Assembly (NCBI GenBank): GCA_963782055.1
Contig: CAWAIF010000002.1
Coordinates: 288,001-352,000 of the forward strand
Source of the DNA: an uncultured delta proteobacterium
Lineage (GTDB): Bacteria > Myxococcota_A > Polyangia > Polyangiales > Polyangiaceae
Direction of reading: 5' to 3'
Length of the DNA stretch: 64,000 bases
How positions within the stretch are numbered: the stretch's first letter is position 1; each line of letters opens with the position of its first letter. Positions 7,618 through 17,527 of the stretch are shown here, one piece after another. The notes under the pieces were generated by a model. It was given only the letters and a program-made list of their open reading frames with translations. It searched no databases and had not been told where the DNA came from. The translations under genes were made by a program, and so were the position numbers.

Positions 7618-9888
7618 TCACTTCTTGCTGGTGGGCGCCGCCGGGCGGCGTCGCGGGCGGATGCGCGCCTTGACCGCGGAGGGCGGCCGCGCCAGCTGGA
7701 AGCGCCCGGTGGTGCGCCCCGCGGCCTCCGCCACCTTCACCTTGTCCCGCGCGATCTCGATGAAGCGCGCCTGCGAGCGGAGCGGGACCTCACCCTCCTC
7801 CGGCTGGATGCGCTCGTAGCCGCCGCCGGCGAGCAGGCGCCACGACTTCGCGGTGTCGGCCATCTGGATCTCCAGGATGCGCCGCAGCCGCGCGCGGATG
7901 TCGGCATCCTCGATGGGGACCATCACCTCCACGCGGCGGTGGAAGTTGCGGGGCATCCAGTCGGCGCTGGAGATGAAGAGCTCCTCCTCGCCGCCGTTCT
8001 CGAAGCAGAAGACGCGCCCGTGCTCGAGGAAGCGGTCCACGACCGCGTGCACCTCGATCGAGTCGCTGACGCCGGGGACGCCTGGCCGCAGGCAGCAGAT
8101 GCCGCGGACCATGAGCTGGACCTGCACCCCCGCTTGCGACGCGTGGTAGAGCGCCTCGATGACGTCCTCGTCCACGAGCGAGTTCATCTTGGCGACGATG
8201 CGCGCCGGCCTGCCGGCCGCGGCGTGGTCCGCCTCCCGCGCGATGAGCCCGAGCACCGCCTCGTGCAGGCCGAGCGGCGCCACGATGAGGTGGTTCCACC
8301 GGGGCGGCGCGCTGTACCCGGTCAGCAGGTTGAAGAGCGAGGAGGCGTCCTCCCCGATGGAGGGCCGGCAGGTGAGCAGGGAGTAGTCGGTGTAGGTGCG
8401 CGCCGTGGAGGAGTTGTAGTTGCCGGTCGAGAGGTGCACGTACCGGCGGAGCTTGCCCCTCTCCCGGCGGATGACGAGCAGGCACTTGGCGTGCGTCTTC
8501 AGACCCAGCAGCCCGTAGACGACGTTCACGCCCGACTGCTCCAGCATGCGCGCCCAGACGATGTTGGACTCCTCGTCGAAGCGGGCCTTCAGCTCGACGA
8601 TGGCGGTGACCTGCTTGCCCGCCTCCGCCGCGCGCGCCAGCGCCTTCACGATCGCCGAGTCCCCGCCGGCGCGGTAGAGCGTCTGCTTGATGGCCAGCAC
8701 GTCGGGGTCGTCCGCGGCGCGGGCGATGAAGTCGACGATGTGCTCGAAGGTCTCGTACGGGTGGTGGATCAGGATGTCGCGCTCGCGGATCACCGTGAAG
8801 ATGTCGTCGGCGTCACGCAGGACCGGCACCGCCTGCGGGGTGAAGGGCTCGTCGCGCAGCTCGCGGCGCTCTTCCCGCGCGACAATCTGCATGAGGTCCG
8901 CCAGGTTGAGCATGCCCTCCGAGTGGTAGACGTCGCGCTCGGGGTCGAGGCGGAGGGCCTTGACCAGCTTGGCGAGCGACGAGGGGGTGGGCACGCCGCT
9001 GACCTCCAGGCGCACCGCGTTGCCGCGCTCGCGCCGGCGAAGCTCCTGCTGGATGGTCTGCAGCAGGTCCTCCGCCTCCTCCTCGTCAATCTCCAGGTCG
9101 AAGTTGCGCGTGACACGGAAGCCGTACACGCCCTTGAGCCGGACGCCGGGGAAGATGGTGCTCGCGTGCCGCGCGATGACGTCCTCCAGAAGGACGAAGG
9201 CGTGGCGGGGCTTCTCCCGCTCGGTCTTCAGCTTCACCTCGATGAGGCGGGGCAGCATCATCGGCACCTGCACGACGCCGAAGCCGACCTCCTTCGAGCC
9301 CTCGCGCTCGAACATGACGCCAAGGTTGAGGCTCTTGTTGCGCAGGTGCGGGAAGGGGTGGCCGGGGTCGATGGCGAGCGGCGTGAGGATGGGGAAGATC
9401 TCGGCGAGGAAGCGCTCGTCGGTGGCGCGCAGGGACTCCGGGTCCAGCTCCTCCGGCTTGACCAGCCGTACGCCCCGCTCCGCCAGCGCGGGCAGCACCT
9501 TGTCCACCAGGCAGCGCGACTGCGCGGCGACCAGCTCGTGCACGCGCTCCGAGATGGCGGCGAGCTGCTCGCTGGGGGTCATGCCGTCCGGGCCCAGCTC
9601 GCTCACGTCGCCGCTCAGCTGCTGCTTGAGCCCGGCGACCCGGACCATGAAGAACTCGTCCAGGTTGGACGAGACGATGGCGAGGAACTTGAGCCGCTCC
9701 AGCAGCGGGACCGCCTCGTTCTGCCCCTCCGCCAGCACACGGACGTTGAACTCCAGCCAGGATAGCTCGCGGTTGAGGTAGAGCGCGGGCGAGCGCAGGT
9801 CGGGCTCGTTCGACGAGGCCGGAGCGATCAGGGAGGCGGAGACCGGCGCCTGCGTGGCCGCCTGCCCGCTGGCATGGGGTTCTTCCAT
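7618..9888 (-). CDS. ppk1: Polyphosphate kinase 1
   Basis: YLNRELSWLEFN, SNLDEFFMVRV, HPFPHL, IKQTLYR, ELKARFDEE, KTHAK, STGNYN, SADWMPRN. Confidence 0.98.
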   Translation of the reverse strand: MEEPHASGQAATQAPVSASLIAPASSNEPDLRSPALYLNRELSWLEFNVRVLAEGQNEAVPLLERLKFLAIVSSNLDEFFMVRVAGLKQQLSGDVSELGPDGMTPSEQLAAISERVHELVAAQSRCLVDKVLPALAERGVRLVKPEELDPESLRATDERFLAEIFPILTPLAIDPGHPFPHLRNKSLNLGVMFEREGSKEVGFGVVQVPMMLPRLIEVKLKTEREKPRHAFVLLEDVIARHASTIFPGVRLKGVYGFRVTRNFDLEIDEEEAEDLLQTIQQELRRRERGNAVRLEVSGVPTPSSLAKLVKALRLDPERDVYHSEGMLNLADLMQIVAREERRELRDEPFTPQAVPVLRDADDIFTVIRERDILIHHPYETFEHIVDFIARAADDPDVLAIKQTLYRAGGDSAIVKALARAAEAGKQVTAIVELKARFDEESNIVWARMLEQSGVNVVYGLLGLKTHAKCLLVIRRERGKLRRYVHLSTGNYNSSTARTYTDYSLLTCRPSIGEDASSLFNLLTGYSAPPRWNHLIVAPLGLHEAVLGLIAREADHAAAGRPARIVAKMNSLVDEDVIEALYHASQAGVQVQLMVRGICCLRPGVPGVSDSIEVHAVVDRFLEHGRVFCFENGGEEELFISSADWMPRNFHRRVEVMVPIEDADIRARLRRILEIQMADTAKSWRLLAGGGYERIQPEEGEVPLRSQARFIEIARDKVKVAEAAGRTTGRFQLARPPSAVKARIRPRRRPAAPTSKK

Positions 9889-9941
9889 GAAGGGGGACGT
9901 TCCTTATAGCGCAATTCCGCCGCGACCGCGCTCTCGGCCCC

Positions 9942-11717
9942 TCAGGGGTCCGCGCGGGACACGTCGGCGGCGAGGTCGTCGCGCAGGAAGACGTGGTCCT
10001 CGCCGAAGCTGGCGGTCTCCCGGTAGTGCGCCTTCACCCACGCGGAGGTGTCCGGGTCGTGGACCTTGAAGTCGTAGATCGAGTCCGCCCACGTGGTGAG
10101 TGGGGCCTTGTCCATGAAGACGAACGCCGCCGGCGGGCTCTTCTTCAGGCGCGCGAGCATGTCCTTCTCGTGCGCGGCGCGCAGCGCCCGGATGTGCGCG
10201 GCCTGCGCCTTCGTCGGGTGGATTCCCGCGCGCATCCACGAGCCGGCGAGCGCGCCGTCGGCGTTCAGGTCGTAGGCGTAGATGTACGGCGTGGCGCTCT
10301 TGCGCTCGGCGAGAAAGAGCATGTACGGGTCCATGCCGTACATCTGCACCTTGTCGCTCGGCCGGGTGTGCTCGCGCAGGTAGGCGGCTGTCTGCCGCAT
10401 CTCCCACGGGAAGTAGTCGCTGCCGCGGAAGTACACGAGGTAGTCGTGGCCCACGCGCTGCTCCGCGGTGGCGCCCTTGCTCAGGATCCACACGTCGTTG
10501 ATGTGCGGCGAGAGCGGCATGAGCGCGGCGATGCGCCCGGCGAGCACCGCCGCCCCCGCGTACGGCAAGAGGCGCGTGACGATGCCGGTGCGCGCCCGGC
10601 CGAAGCGCTCGGAGAGCCACACCACCAGCGCCACCCACTGCAGGTTGAGCCCCGCCGTCACCGGGTGAAAGTGGTACGGGAAGCCCTTCGACTGGGCGAG
10701 CACGCTGGCCAGCCCGCAGAGGGGCATCAGCGCGATCCCCAGCGCGCGCCGCGGGAGCTGCCCGTCCAGGATGAGCGCGACCATCACCGCGCTGGTCACC
10801 GCGGAGAGCGCCGCCGCCGTGCCGCCCCACTGCAGGCTGAGGATTTCCGACGCCGTGCGCGGCATCATGAAGCGGTACATCGTCGGCACGTCGAAGAGGG
10901 TGATCCGCAAAAATGCGCGGATGTCGCCGTACCGCCAGAGGAAGGCGAGCTGCGTGGAGGCTCCCAGCAGGCACCCGCCGAGGAAGAGGGTCAGCTTGCG
11001 GCGGGTGCGCATCGGACCGCCGCGGTCCACCGCCAGCGTCAGCAGCTGCGCCATGGTGAAGAAGGCGAACGTCGGCTTGCCGAAGCACGGGATGGCGCTG
11101 AGCACGCCCGCCAGCACGAGCAGCGCCGCCGGCCCGCGTGTCCCGCGACCGCGCTCCGCCAGCCGCGCCTGCGCCAGGAGCTGTAGCCCGAAGCTCGGGA
11201 GCATGAACCAGTCGCAGAAGGTCTCCCGCTGCGCGAGATCCCAGTACAGGTACATCAGGAGCTGGCCGCTCAGCACCACCCACGTCGCGCCGGCCCACGC
11301 CAGACGCGTCAGCCACTCCTCCGCGGCGCTCGCCCAGCGGGTCCCCTTGCGGCCGAGGCCGGGGAGGCACGCGCCGACGATCGCGAAGGAGATCCCGGTC
11401 ACCGTGAGGTCGATCACGTGGAAGCGGTGCTCGTCCCTCCCACCGAGCAGGAGCATGCCCATGTGGATCATGTGGGTGAGCGGGCCGTTGACGTCGCGCA
11501 CGTCGCGGTAGTCCACGTCGCCGTGCATCAGCGCCCACGCGACGTACTGGAAGATCCCCTGATCGCGGCCGAGCGTCGTGAGCGTCGCGCGGTAGGTCGC
11601 CTCGCGCACCCACGCCAGCGGCGGTAGCGCCACGATGAGCGCCGGCACCACGCCGCGGAGCCAACCGGCCACGCGCCGCGCTGCCTCGGCCATTCGATAG
11701 GGCGCGCCAAGGTCCAT
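9942..11717 (-). CDS. Polytopic membrane protein, probable GT-C fold (ArnT/PMT-like) glycosyltransferase
   Basis: Many hydrophobic helices; first loop GRDQGIFQY...YRDVRDVNGP; later KGFPYHF and a soluble C-terminal domain. Confidence 0.6.
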   Translation of the reverse strand: MDLGAPYRMAEAARRVAGWLRGVVPALIVALPPLAWVREATYRATLTTLGRDQGIFQYVAWALMHGDVDYRDVRDVNGPLTHMIHMGMLLLGGRDEHRFHVIDLTVTGISFAIVGACLPGLGRKGTRWASAAEEWLTRLAWAGATWVVLSGQLLMYLYWDLAQRETFCDWFMLPSFGLQLLAQARLAERGRGTRGPAALLVLAGVLSAIPCFGKPTFAFFTMAQLLTLAVDRGGPMRTRRKLTLFLGGCLLGASTQLAFLWRYGDIRAFLRITLFDVPTMYRFMMPRTASEILSLQWGGTAAALSAVTSAVMVALILDGQLPRRALGIALMPLCGLASVLAQSKGFPYHFHPVTAGLNLQWVALVVWLSERFGRARTGIVTRLLPYAGAAVLAGRIAALMPLSPHINDVWILSKGATAEQRVGHDYLVYFRGSDYFPWEMRQTAAYLREHTRPSDKVQMYGMDPYMLFLAERKSATPYIYAYDLNADGALAGSWMRAGIHPTKAQAAHIRALRAAHEKDMLARLKKSPPAAFVFMDKAPLTTWADSIYDFKVHDPDTSAWVKAHYRETASFGEDHVFLRDDLAADVSRADP

Positions 11718-11836
11718 GCCGCGCGGAAATTAGCATTCCTTCCGGGCGTCTTGCCCACCGTCTCGCCTCCGTCCCCTGGAGAGACGGCCCATGGACTCGA
11801 CCTGTGGCCCACGAAGGGTCCACAATACGCGGCACG

Positions 11837-12955
11837 ATGACGGAACCCGTACGTCGACTCGTAGTCCCGCAGACCCCCCCGGCCGACAGGGCTCAGGCGT
11901 TCGCCGAGGTCCTGGCGCAGGCCAAGGGCAAACGCATCCTGGTGCCCCTGCGCGGGCATCCGGACCCCGACGGCATCGCCAGCGCGCTCGCGCTCGCGCA
12001 CCTCGCCGCCCGCATGGGCGTGGCGAGCACCACCATCGCCTACGTCCACGAGCTGAGCCACCGCGAGAACCGCGCGCTGGTGAAGCTGCTCGGCCTGGAG
12101 CTGCGGAAGATCAAGACCGTGAAGGACGTCGAGCCGGTCGACTACCTGGCCTTCGTCGACGCGCACGACCTGGACCCCGACCTCGCCGACGCCGAGGACA
12201 TCGAGGTGCTCGCCATCATCGACCACCACCGCGCCTCCACGCCGCCGAAGGCGCACTTCGTCGACATGCGCCACGACGTGGGCGCCACCGCCACCATCTT
12301 CGTCGAGTATCTGAGCACGCTGGCCCCCCTCGACGCCGAGGTGGACGAGGACCGCCGCCTGGCGACCGCGCTGATGCACGGCCTCTCGACCGACACCGAC
12401 GACTTCACCCTGGCCCGGGCGACCGACTTCCGCGCCGCCTCGCAGATCGCCGAGGTGTGCGACCGCGACATGCTCCAGGACCTGAGCCGCCACCTCATCG
12501 CCTCCAGCGCGATGGACGTCATCGCGCGGGCGCTCGCCGCGCTCCTCGTCCGCCGCAACTTCGCCATGGCGGGCGTCGGCTTCGTGCCGGAGAGCGAGCG
12601 CGACACCATCGCGCAGGCGGCCGACTTCCTCATCCGCCGCGAGGACATCGACACCGTCGTCGTCTACGGCGTCGTGGGCGACCGCTTCATCGAGGGCTCG
12701 CTGCGCACGCACTCGCCGAGCGTCGACCCCGCCGCATGGCTGGAGCAGGCCTTCGGCTTCGACGACCGCGGGCGCGCTTACGGAGGCGGCCGTCGCGACA
12801 AGGGCGGCTTCCGCATCCCCATCGGCTTCCTGGGCCGCAGCACCAATCGCGCGCAGCTCTGGGGCCTGGTGGAGCACGCCGCGCGCACCGCGCTGCTCCG
12901 GCAAATCGGCGAGGAGGCCCCCACAGGCGTCATCGTCGCGCCGCCGGCGACCTGA
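11837..12955 (+). CDS. DHH family phosphoesterase (NrnA-like)
   Basis: GHPDPDGIAS, FVD, IIDHH, GLSTDT, GSLRT, YGGGR. Confidence 0.9.
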   Translation: MTEPVRRLVVPQTPPADRAQAFAEVLAQAKGKRILVPLRGHPDPDGIASALALAHLAARMGVASTTIAYVHELSHRENRALVKLLGLELRKIKTVKDVEPVDYLAFVDAHDLDPDLADAEDIEVLAIIDHHRASTPPKAHFVDMRHDVGATATIFVEYLSTLAPLDAEVDEDRRLATALMHGLSTDTDDFTLARATDFRAASQIAEVCDRDMLQDLSRHLIASSAMDVIARALAALLVRRNFAMAGVGFVPESERDTIAQAADFLIRREDIDTVVVYGVVGDRFIEGSLRTHSPSVDPAAWLEQAFGFDDRGRAYGGGRRDKGGFRIPIGFLGRSTNRAQLWGLVEHAARTALLRQIGEEAPTGVIVAPPAT

Positions 12956-12966
12956 TCCGCGCCGAG

Positions 12967-13869
12967 GTGCGCGTCGCCTTCTTCGGGCTGCCGCTCGCGG
13001 CGCTGCTGCTCGCACGCGACGGCCACGAGGTCGTCTACGCCGGGATCTGCCGCGACGCCGCCCCGGGGCTTCGCCGCGCGCGCCGCACCCTGGGCGACGT
13101 GGTGTCGGTGCGGCCGGACGTGACCTCCGCGGCGGTCGCCGAGCGCGTGCGCGCGTCGGCGCCGGACCTCGTGGTGAGCTGGTTCTGGACCACGCGCCTG
13201 CCCCGCGCCGTCCTGCAGACCGCGTCGCGCGGGGCCCTCGGCGTGCACCCGTCCCTCTTGCCGCGTCACCGCGGGCCGGACCCCTATTTCTGGGCCATCG
13301 ACGCGGGCGACGTCGAGACCGGCGTCACCGCGCACGTGCTGGACGACGAGTACGACACCGGGGCCGTCCTCGCGCGGCGCTCCTTGCGCATCGACCCGGC
13401 GTGGAACGCGTGGACGCTGGCGCGGAAGCTGGACCGCCCCTCCCTCGGCCTGCTGCGGGAGGTGGTGCGCGCGTACGCGGCAGGCACTCCGCCCGCCCCT
13501 GTGCCGCAGGACGAGGCGGCGGTGACGCGGGCGCCGGCCCCGTCGGACGACGAGCTGGAGATCCGGTGGTCGTGGCCCGCGGCGCGGATCGCGCGGAGGG
13601 TGCGCGCGGCCGCGCCTTGGCCGGGGGCGTACACCGCCGTCGGCGGGCGGACGGTGGCGCTGGTGGAGGCGGCCGTCACGGACGACTTCCCGCGCGCCCT
13701 CGCCCCCGGGGAGGCGTGGGTGCGAGCGGACGGCGTGGCGGTGGTGCGCGCCGCCGATGCCGCTCTGGAGCTCCGGCGCGGCCGCGACGAGGAAGACGAG
13801 CGCGAGCTGGGCGTGGCGGAGCTGGCCAATCGCGTCCGGGCGGCCGCCGGGGGCCCCGAGAAGGCGTAG
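12967..13869 (+). CDS. Formyltransferase family protein (Fmt-like)
   Basis: GVHPSLLPRHRGPDP, ETGVTAH, YDTGAV, RAAAPWPGAYT; GTG start 12 nt after the upstream stop. Confidence 0.88.
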   Translation: MRVAFFGLPLAALLLARDGHEVVYAGICRDAAPGLRRARRTLGDVVSVRPDVTSAAVAERVRASAPDLVVSWFWTTRLPRAVLQTASRGALGVHPSLLPRHRGPDPYFWAIDAGDVETGVTAHVLDDEYDTGAVLARRSLRIDPAWNAWTLARKLDRPSLGLLREVVRAYAAGTPPAPVPQDEAAVTRAPAPSDDELEIRWSWPAARIARRVRAAAPWPGAYTAVGGRTVALVEAAVTDDFPRALAPGEAWVRADGVAVVRAADAALELRRGRDEEDERELGVAELANRVRAAAGGPEKA

Positions 13870-13963
13870 TCGGTGCCCTCGCGAGGCCGCTTGGCCAAAG
13901 GCGAGGCGTCGCATAGCATCGTGGGAACCGCGCCCGACGACCGCGCGCCTAGGAGACCACGAC

Positions 13964-15016
13964 GTGTCCGACATCCCCACGACCGCCCGCACGGCGCGCG
14001 AGTCCCTCGCGCGCGGGTTGAGCGCCCTCCAGTCCGACCCCAACATCCCGCCGCAGCTCGTGGACCTCGCCGCGCCCATCGCCCAGGCCATGAGCGCCCT
14101 GCACCAGATCGAGCGCAACAACGGGTCGCAGCTCTCGCCCTTCGCCGACACGGCGCTCCAGAACGTGCGCACCGCGCTCTCGTCGCTGCAGGCGCAGCCC
14201 AACCAGCACCCCGCCGTCGCGCAGGCGATGGAGGCGGTCGCCGGGTCGCTGGGCCTGGTGCACGCGCTGAGCAAGCTCGCCTCGCCGGGCGCCGCCGCGG
14301 CGCAGCCGGCACCAGCGCAGCCGGCACCGGCGCAGCCCGCCTTCCCGCAGCCCGCCCAGCCGTACGCGCCGCCGCCCGCGCAGCAGCCGGCGTACGCGCA
14401 GCCCGCGCAGCAGCCGTACGCGCCGCCGCCCGCGCAGCAGCCGGCGTACGCGCAGCCCGCGCAGCAGCCGTACGCGCCGCCCGCGCAGCAGGCGTACGCG
14501 CCGCCCCCCGCGCAGAACAACCCGTACGCCGCCCAGGCGGCGCCGCCCGCGTTCGGTCAGGCCGCGCCCGACCCCTTCGGTGGTGGCCGCTCACCCATGG
14601 CGGCGACCGCGCTCGCCCCGCCGGGCGCCGGCCCGGTCCCGCCCGGCATGCCCGTGTCCGGCCGTCCGCCTTCGCCCCCTGCGGTCGGCGACGCGCCCAC
14701 GATCAACGCCGACCTCGGGGCCAACAGCCCGTCCAACTTCTACAAGGGCCTCTCCGGCAACGACATCATCGATCACGGCGGCCTCTTCGTGTCCACGTAC
14801 ATGATCCCCAAGATCGGCACGCCCGTCCGGCTCCGCGTCTCGATGCCCGGCGGCTACGAATTCGAGGCGAACGGCGTCGTGCGCTGGTCGCGCGAGGCCA
14901 CCGGCGACGCCGCACCGGGCTTCGGCGCGCAGCTCACGCAGATCACGCCGGAGGCGCGTCAGCTCGTGTACCGCTACGTGCGCAATCGCGAGCCGCTCTT
15001 CCACGACGACCTGTGA
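13964..15016 (+). CDS. Helical N-domain, Gln/Pro/Tyr repeat linker and myxobacterial PilZ-like C-terminal domain
   Basis: AGGAG RBS then GTG; SNFYKG...GGLFVSTY...GVVRWSR...PGFGAQL...REPLFHD resembles TIGR02266-type PilZ-like domains. Confidence 0.75.
   Translation: MSDIPTTARTARESLARGLSALQSDPNIPPQLVDLAAPIAQAMSALHQIERNNGSQLSPFADTALQNVRTALSSLQAQPNQHPAVAQAMEAVAGSLGLVHALSKLASPGAAAAQPAPAQPAPAQPAFPQPAQPYAPPPAQQPAYAQPAQQPYAPPPAQQPAYAQPAQQPYAPPAQQAYAPPPAQNNPYAAQAAPPAFGQAAPDPFGGGRSPMAATALAPPGAGPVPPGMPVSGRPPSPPAVGDAPTINADLGANSPSNFYKGLSGNDIIDHGGLFVSTYMIPKIGTPVRLRVSMPGGYEFEANGVVRWSREATGDAAPGFGAQLTQITPEARQLVYRYVRNREPLFHDDL
14357..14490 (+). repeat. 54-bp coding tandem repeat (QPYAPPPAQQPAYAQPAQ), about 2.5 copies
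   Basis: Unit cagccgtacgcgccgccgcccgcgcagcagccggcgtacgcgcagcccgcgcag starts at 14357 and 14411, with a partial copy at 14465. Confidence 0.9.
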
Positions 15017-15972
15017 GGCGGGGCCGCCTCTACGACCGCGTCTTTCCGCGGTGGCGACCGCCCGAGTCCTTCCGGGCGACGGGGGCCGCGGCGCGCGGCG
15101 GCGTGCGCATTGCCTGGCTCGGCACCGCCGGCCACGTCGTGCGCACCGAGACGACGACGCTCCTCATCGACCCGTACGTCTCGCGGGCCGGCCTGCTGCG
15201 CCTCGCGTCCTCGCGCCTGCGACCGGACGACGCCGCCATCGACCGCTGGATCCCCGAGCACGTCGACGCGGTGCTCTGCGGTCACAGCCACTTCGATCAT
15301 CTCCTCGACGCGCCGCGCATCGCGCACCTTCGCGGGGCGAAGCTCGTCGGCTCGGCGACGACGTGCGCCTTCGCGCGGGCCGAGGGAGTGCCCGACTCGC
15401 AGCTCGTGGAGGTCCCTCCCACCGGCCTGTCCACCCGGGTGGGCGATGTGGACGTTCGCTATGTGCCGAGCCTCCACGGGCGCATCGCCCTCGGCCGCGT
15501 TCCTTTTCCCGGCGAGGTGCGCACGCCGCCGCATCTGCCGCGCCGCATGTGGAACTACAAGATGGGGGGCGCCTTCGGCATCCTGCTGCGCGCGGCGGGG
15601 GTGAGCGTTTACCACAACGGCAGCGCCAATCTCGTCGACGCCAAGCTGCGCGGGGCGCACGCCGACGTGCTGCTCGTCGGCCTCGCGGGCCGCTCCTCGA
15701 CGCGCGACTACCTCGCCCGCCTCACGGGTGTGCTCGGGCCGGACCTGCTGGTGCCGACCCACCACGACGCCTTCTTCGCGCCGCTGGAGGAGGGGCTCCG
15801 CCTGCTGCCGCGCATCGACCTGGATGGCTTCGCCGCCGAGGCACGCCGCCTCGCGCCGCGTGCGCGCGTCCTCTTCCCCGATTACGGCGAGGTGGTGCAG
15901 GTCCACGCGCAGCAGGCCCGGGGCGCGACGCTGGTGCGCGACGCGCACGCCATGGACGAGCTGCACACCTGA
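15013..15972 (+). CDS. MBL-fold metallo-hydrolase
   Basis: IAWLGTAG, LLIDPY, CGHSHFDHLLD, SLHG, VPTHHD; GTGA overlap with the upstream stop. Confidence 0.9.
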   Translation: MRRGRLYDRVFPRWRPPESFRATGAAARGGVRIAWLGTAGHVVRTETTTLLIDPYVSRAGLLRLASSRLRPDDAAIDRWIPEHVDAVLCGHSHFDHLLDAPRIAHLRGAKLVGSATTCAFARAEGVPDSQLVEVPPTGLSTRVGDVDVRYVPSLHGRIALGRVPFPGEVRTPPHLPRRMWNYKMGGAFGILLRAAGVSVYHNGSANLVDAKLRGAHADVLLVGLAGRSSTRDYLARLTGVLGPDLLVPTHHDAFFAPLEEGLRLLPRIDLDGFAAEARRLAPRARVLFPDYGEVVQVHAQQARGATLVRDAHAMDELHT

Positions 15973-16079
15973 GGATGTGGGAGGGAACGCTTCACACACT
16001 CTGGGCGTATGTGCGTGCTCGGCGGGAGGAGTCGAGCGCGTCGACCACCACGCATTCTGCTAAGATGTGAGGTTGCGGG

Positions 16080-17525
16080 ATGAGCGGTCCCAGGAACATC
16101 CAGGAGCGGTCGCGCCAGCGTGTCGGCTCGCTCGTGAAGGAAAAGTGGCGGCTGGATGCCCTGCTGGGCGTCGGCGGTACGGCCGCGGTGTTCGCGGCGA
16201 CCCACCGCAACGGCAAGCGCGCCGCCATCAAGATGCTCCACGCGCAGCTCTCCACCAACGAGGAGCTCGTCGCCCGCTTCCTGCGCGAGGGCTACGCGGC
16301 GAACAAGCTGGACCACCCCGGCGTGGTGTCGGTGCTGGACGACGATCGCACCGAGGACGGCGCCGTCTTCCTGGTGATGGAGCTGCTCGATGGCTATTCG
16401 CTGGAGCGGCACGCGCGTCCCGGCACCGAGCTCTTGCCGATCGATCAGGTGCTGCGGCTCGGCGACGAGCTGCTCGACGTGCTCGCCGTCGCGCACTCCA
16501 AGGGCGTCATCCACCGCGACATCAAGCCGGCGAACCTCTTCCTCACGCGCGAGGGCCGGCTGAAGGTGCTCGACTTCGGCATCGCGCGCCTCGCCGAGCG
16601 GCTGGACGATCAGACCGCCACGCAGACCGGCGCGACGATCGGCACGCCGGCCTTCATGCCGCCGGAGCAGGCGCGTGGTCGCTGGAGCATCGTCGACGCG
16701 CGTACCGACATCTGGTCGGTGGGCGCGACCCTCTTCGCGATGCTCGCCGGCACGCGCCCGCGCCGCGCCGAGACGGTGAACGAGGAGCTCCTGCTCGCGA
16801 TGACGCAGCCGGTGCCGTCGCTCGCATCGCTCGCCCCCCAGCTCCCCCCGCAGCTCGTCGCCCTGGTCGATCGCGCCCTCGCGTTCGAGATGGACCAGCG
16901 CTGGGCGGACGCACGGACGATGCAGGTGGCGCTGCGCCAGGTGCGCGACGAGCTCGCGCGGGAGGGGACGCCGCCGACGCTCCTGGCGCTGGAGGTGGAC
17001 ACGGCGCCCGTGGTCGCCACGCCCGCGCCGGTGCCGTCCGATCCGGACCCGACCGGTCCCATGACCGGGCCCGAGCTCGACCCGCGCCTCACCACCTCTC
17101 GGCCGCTGGTCACCTCCGGCGAGGCGCCCGCGCCGAGGAAGGGCTCCGCCATCGGGCTCGCCATCGGCGTCGCCGGGCTGCTCTCGCTGGCGGCGGCCGC
17201 GGGCTTCGCCGCGGTGAAGCTCGCCACCCACCCCACCGCCGCGCCGGCCGCCGCCGCGCACGCGGTGTCTCCGCACAAGGCTGCCACCGCGACCGCGGCG
17301 ACCCCCATGACGACGGCGAAGGCGACGGCGCCGTCGTCCGCGTCCGCGTCGCCGCCGCCGACATCCTCGGCGACCGAGGAGGCGACCTCGGCGAAGGTCG
17401 CGGAGAAGCCGCCTGCCGCGCCCGCCACCGCGAAGACGAAGCACATGCCCGCGACCGCGAAGACGACCAAGACCACGGCTCATCCCGCGCCGAGCGGCAA
17501 CAGCATGCTGGACCTGCGCTTCTGA
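16080..17525 (+). CDS. Membrane-anchored Hanks-type Ser/Thr protein kinase
   Basis: LGVGGTAAV, AIKML, HRDIKPAN, DFGIA, GTPAFMPPEQ, DIWSVG; one TM helix; Ala/Thr/Pro-rich tail. Confidence 0.96.
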   Translation: MSGPRNIQERSRQRVGSLVKEKWRLDALLGVGGTAAVFAATHRNGKRAAIKMLHAQLSTNEELVARFLREGYAANKLDHPGVVSVLDDDRTEDGAVFLVMELLDGYSLERHARPGTELLPIDQVLRLGDELLDVLAVAHSKGVIHRDIKPANLFLTREGRLKVLDFGIARLAERLDDQTATQTGATIGTPAFMPPEQARGRWSIVDARTDIWSVGATLFAMLAGTRPRRAETVNEELLLAMTQPVPSLASLAPQLPPQLVALVDRALAFEMDQRWADARTMQVALRQVRDELAREGTPPTLLALEVDTAPVVATPAPVPSDPDPTGPMTGPELDPRLTTSRPLVTSGEAPAPRKGSAIGLAIGVAGLLSLAAAAGFAAVKLATHPTAAPAAAAHAVSPHKAATATAATPMTTAKATAPSSASASPPPTSSATEEATSAKVAEKPPAAPATAKTKHMPATAKTTKTTAHPAPSGNSMLDLRF

Positions 17526-17527
17526 CG

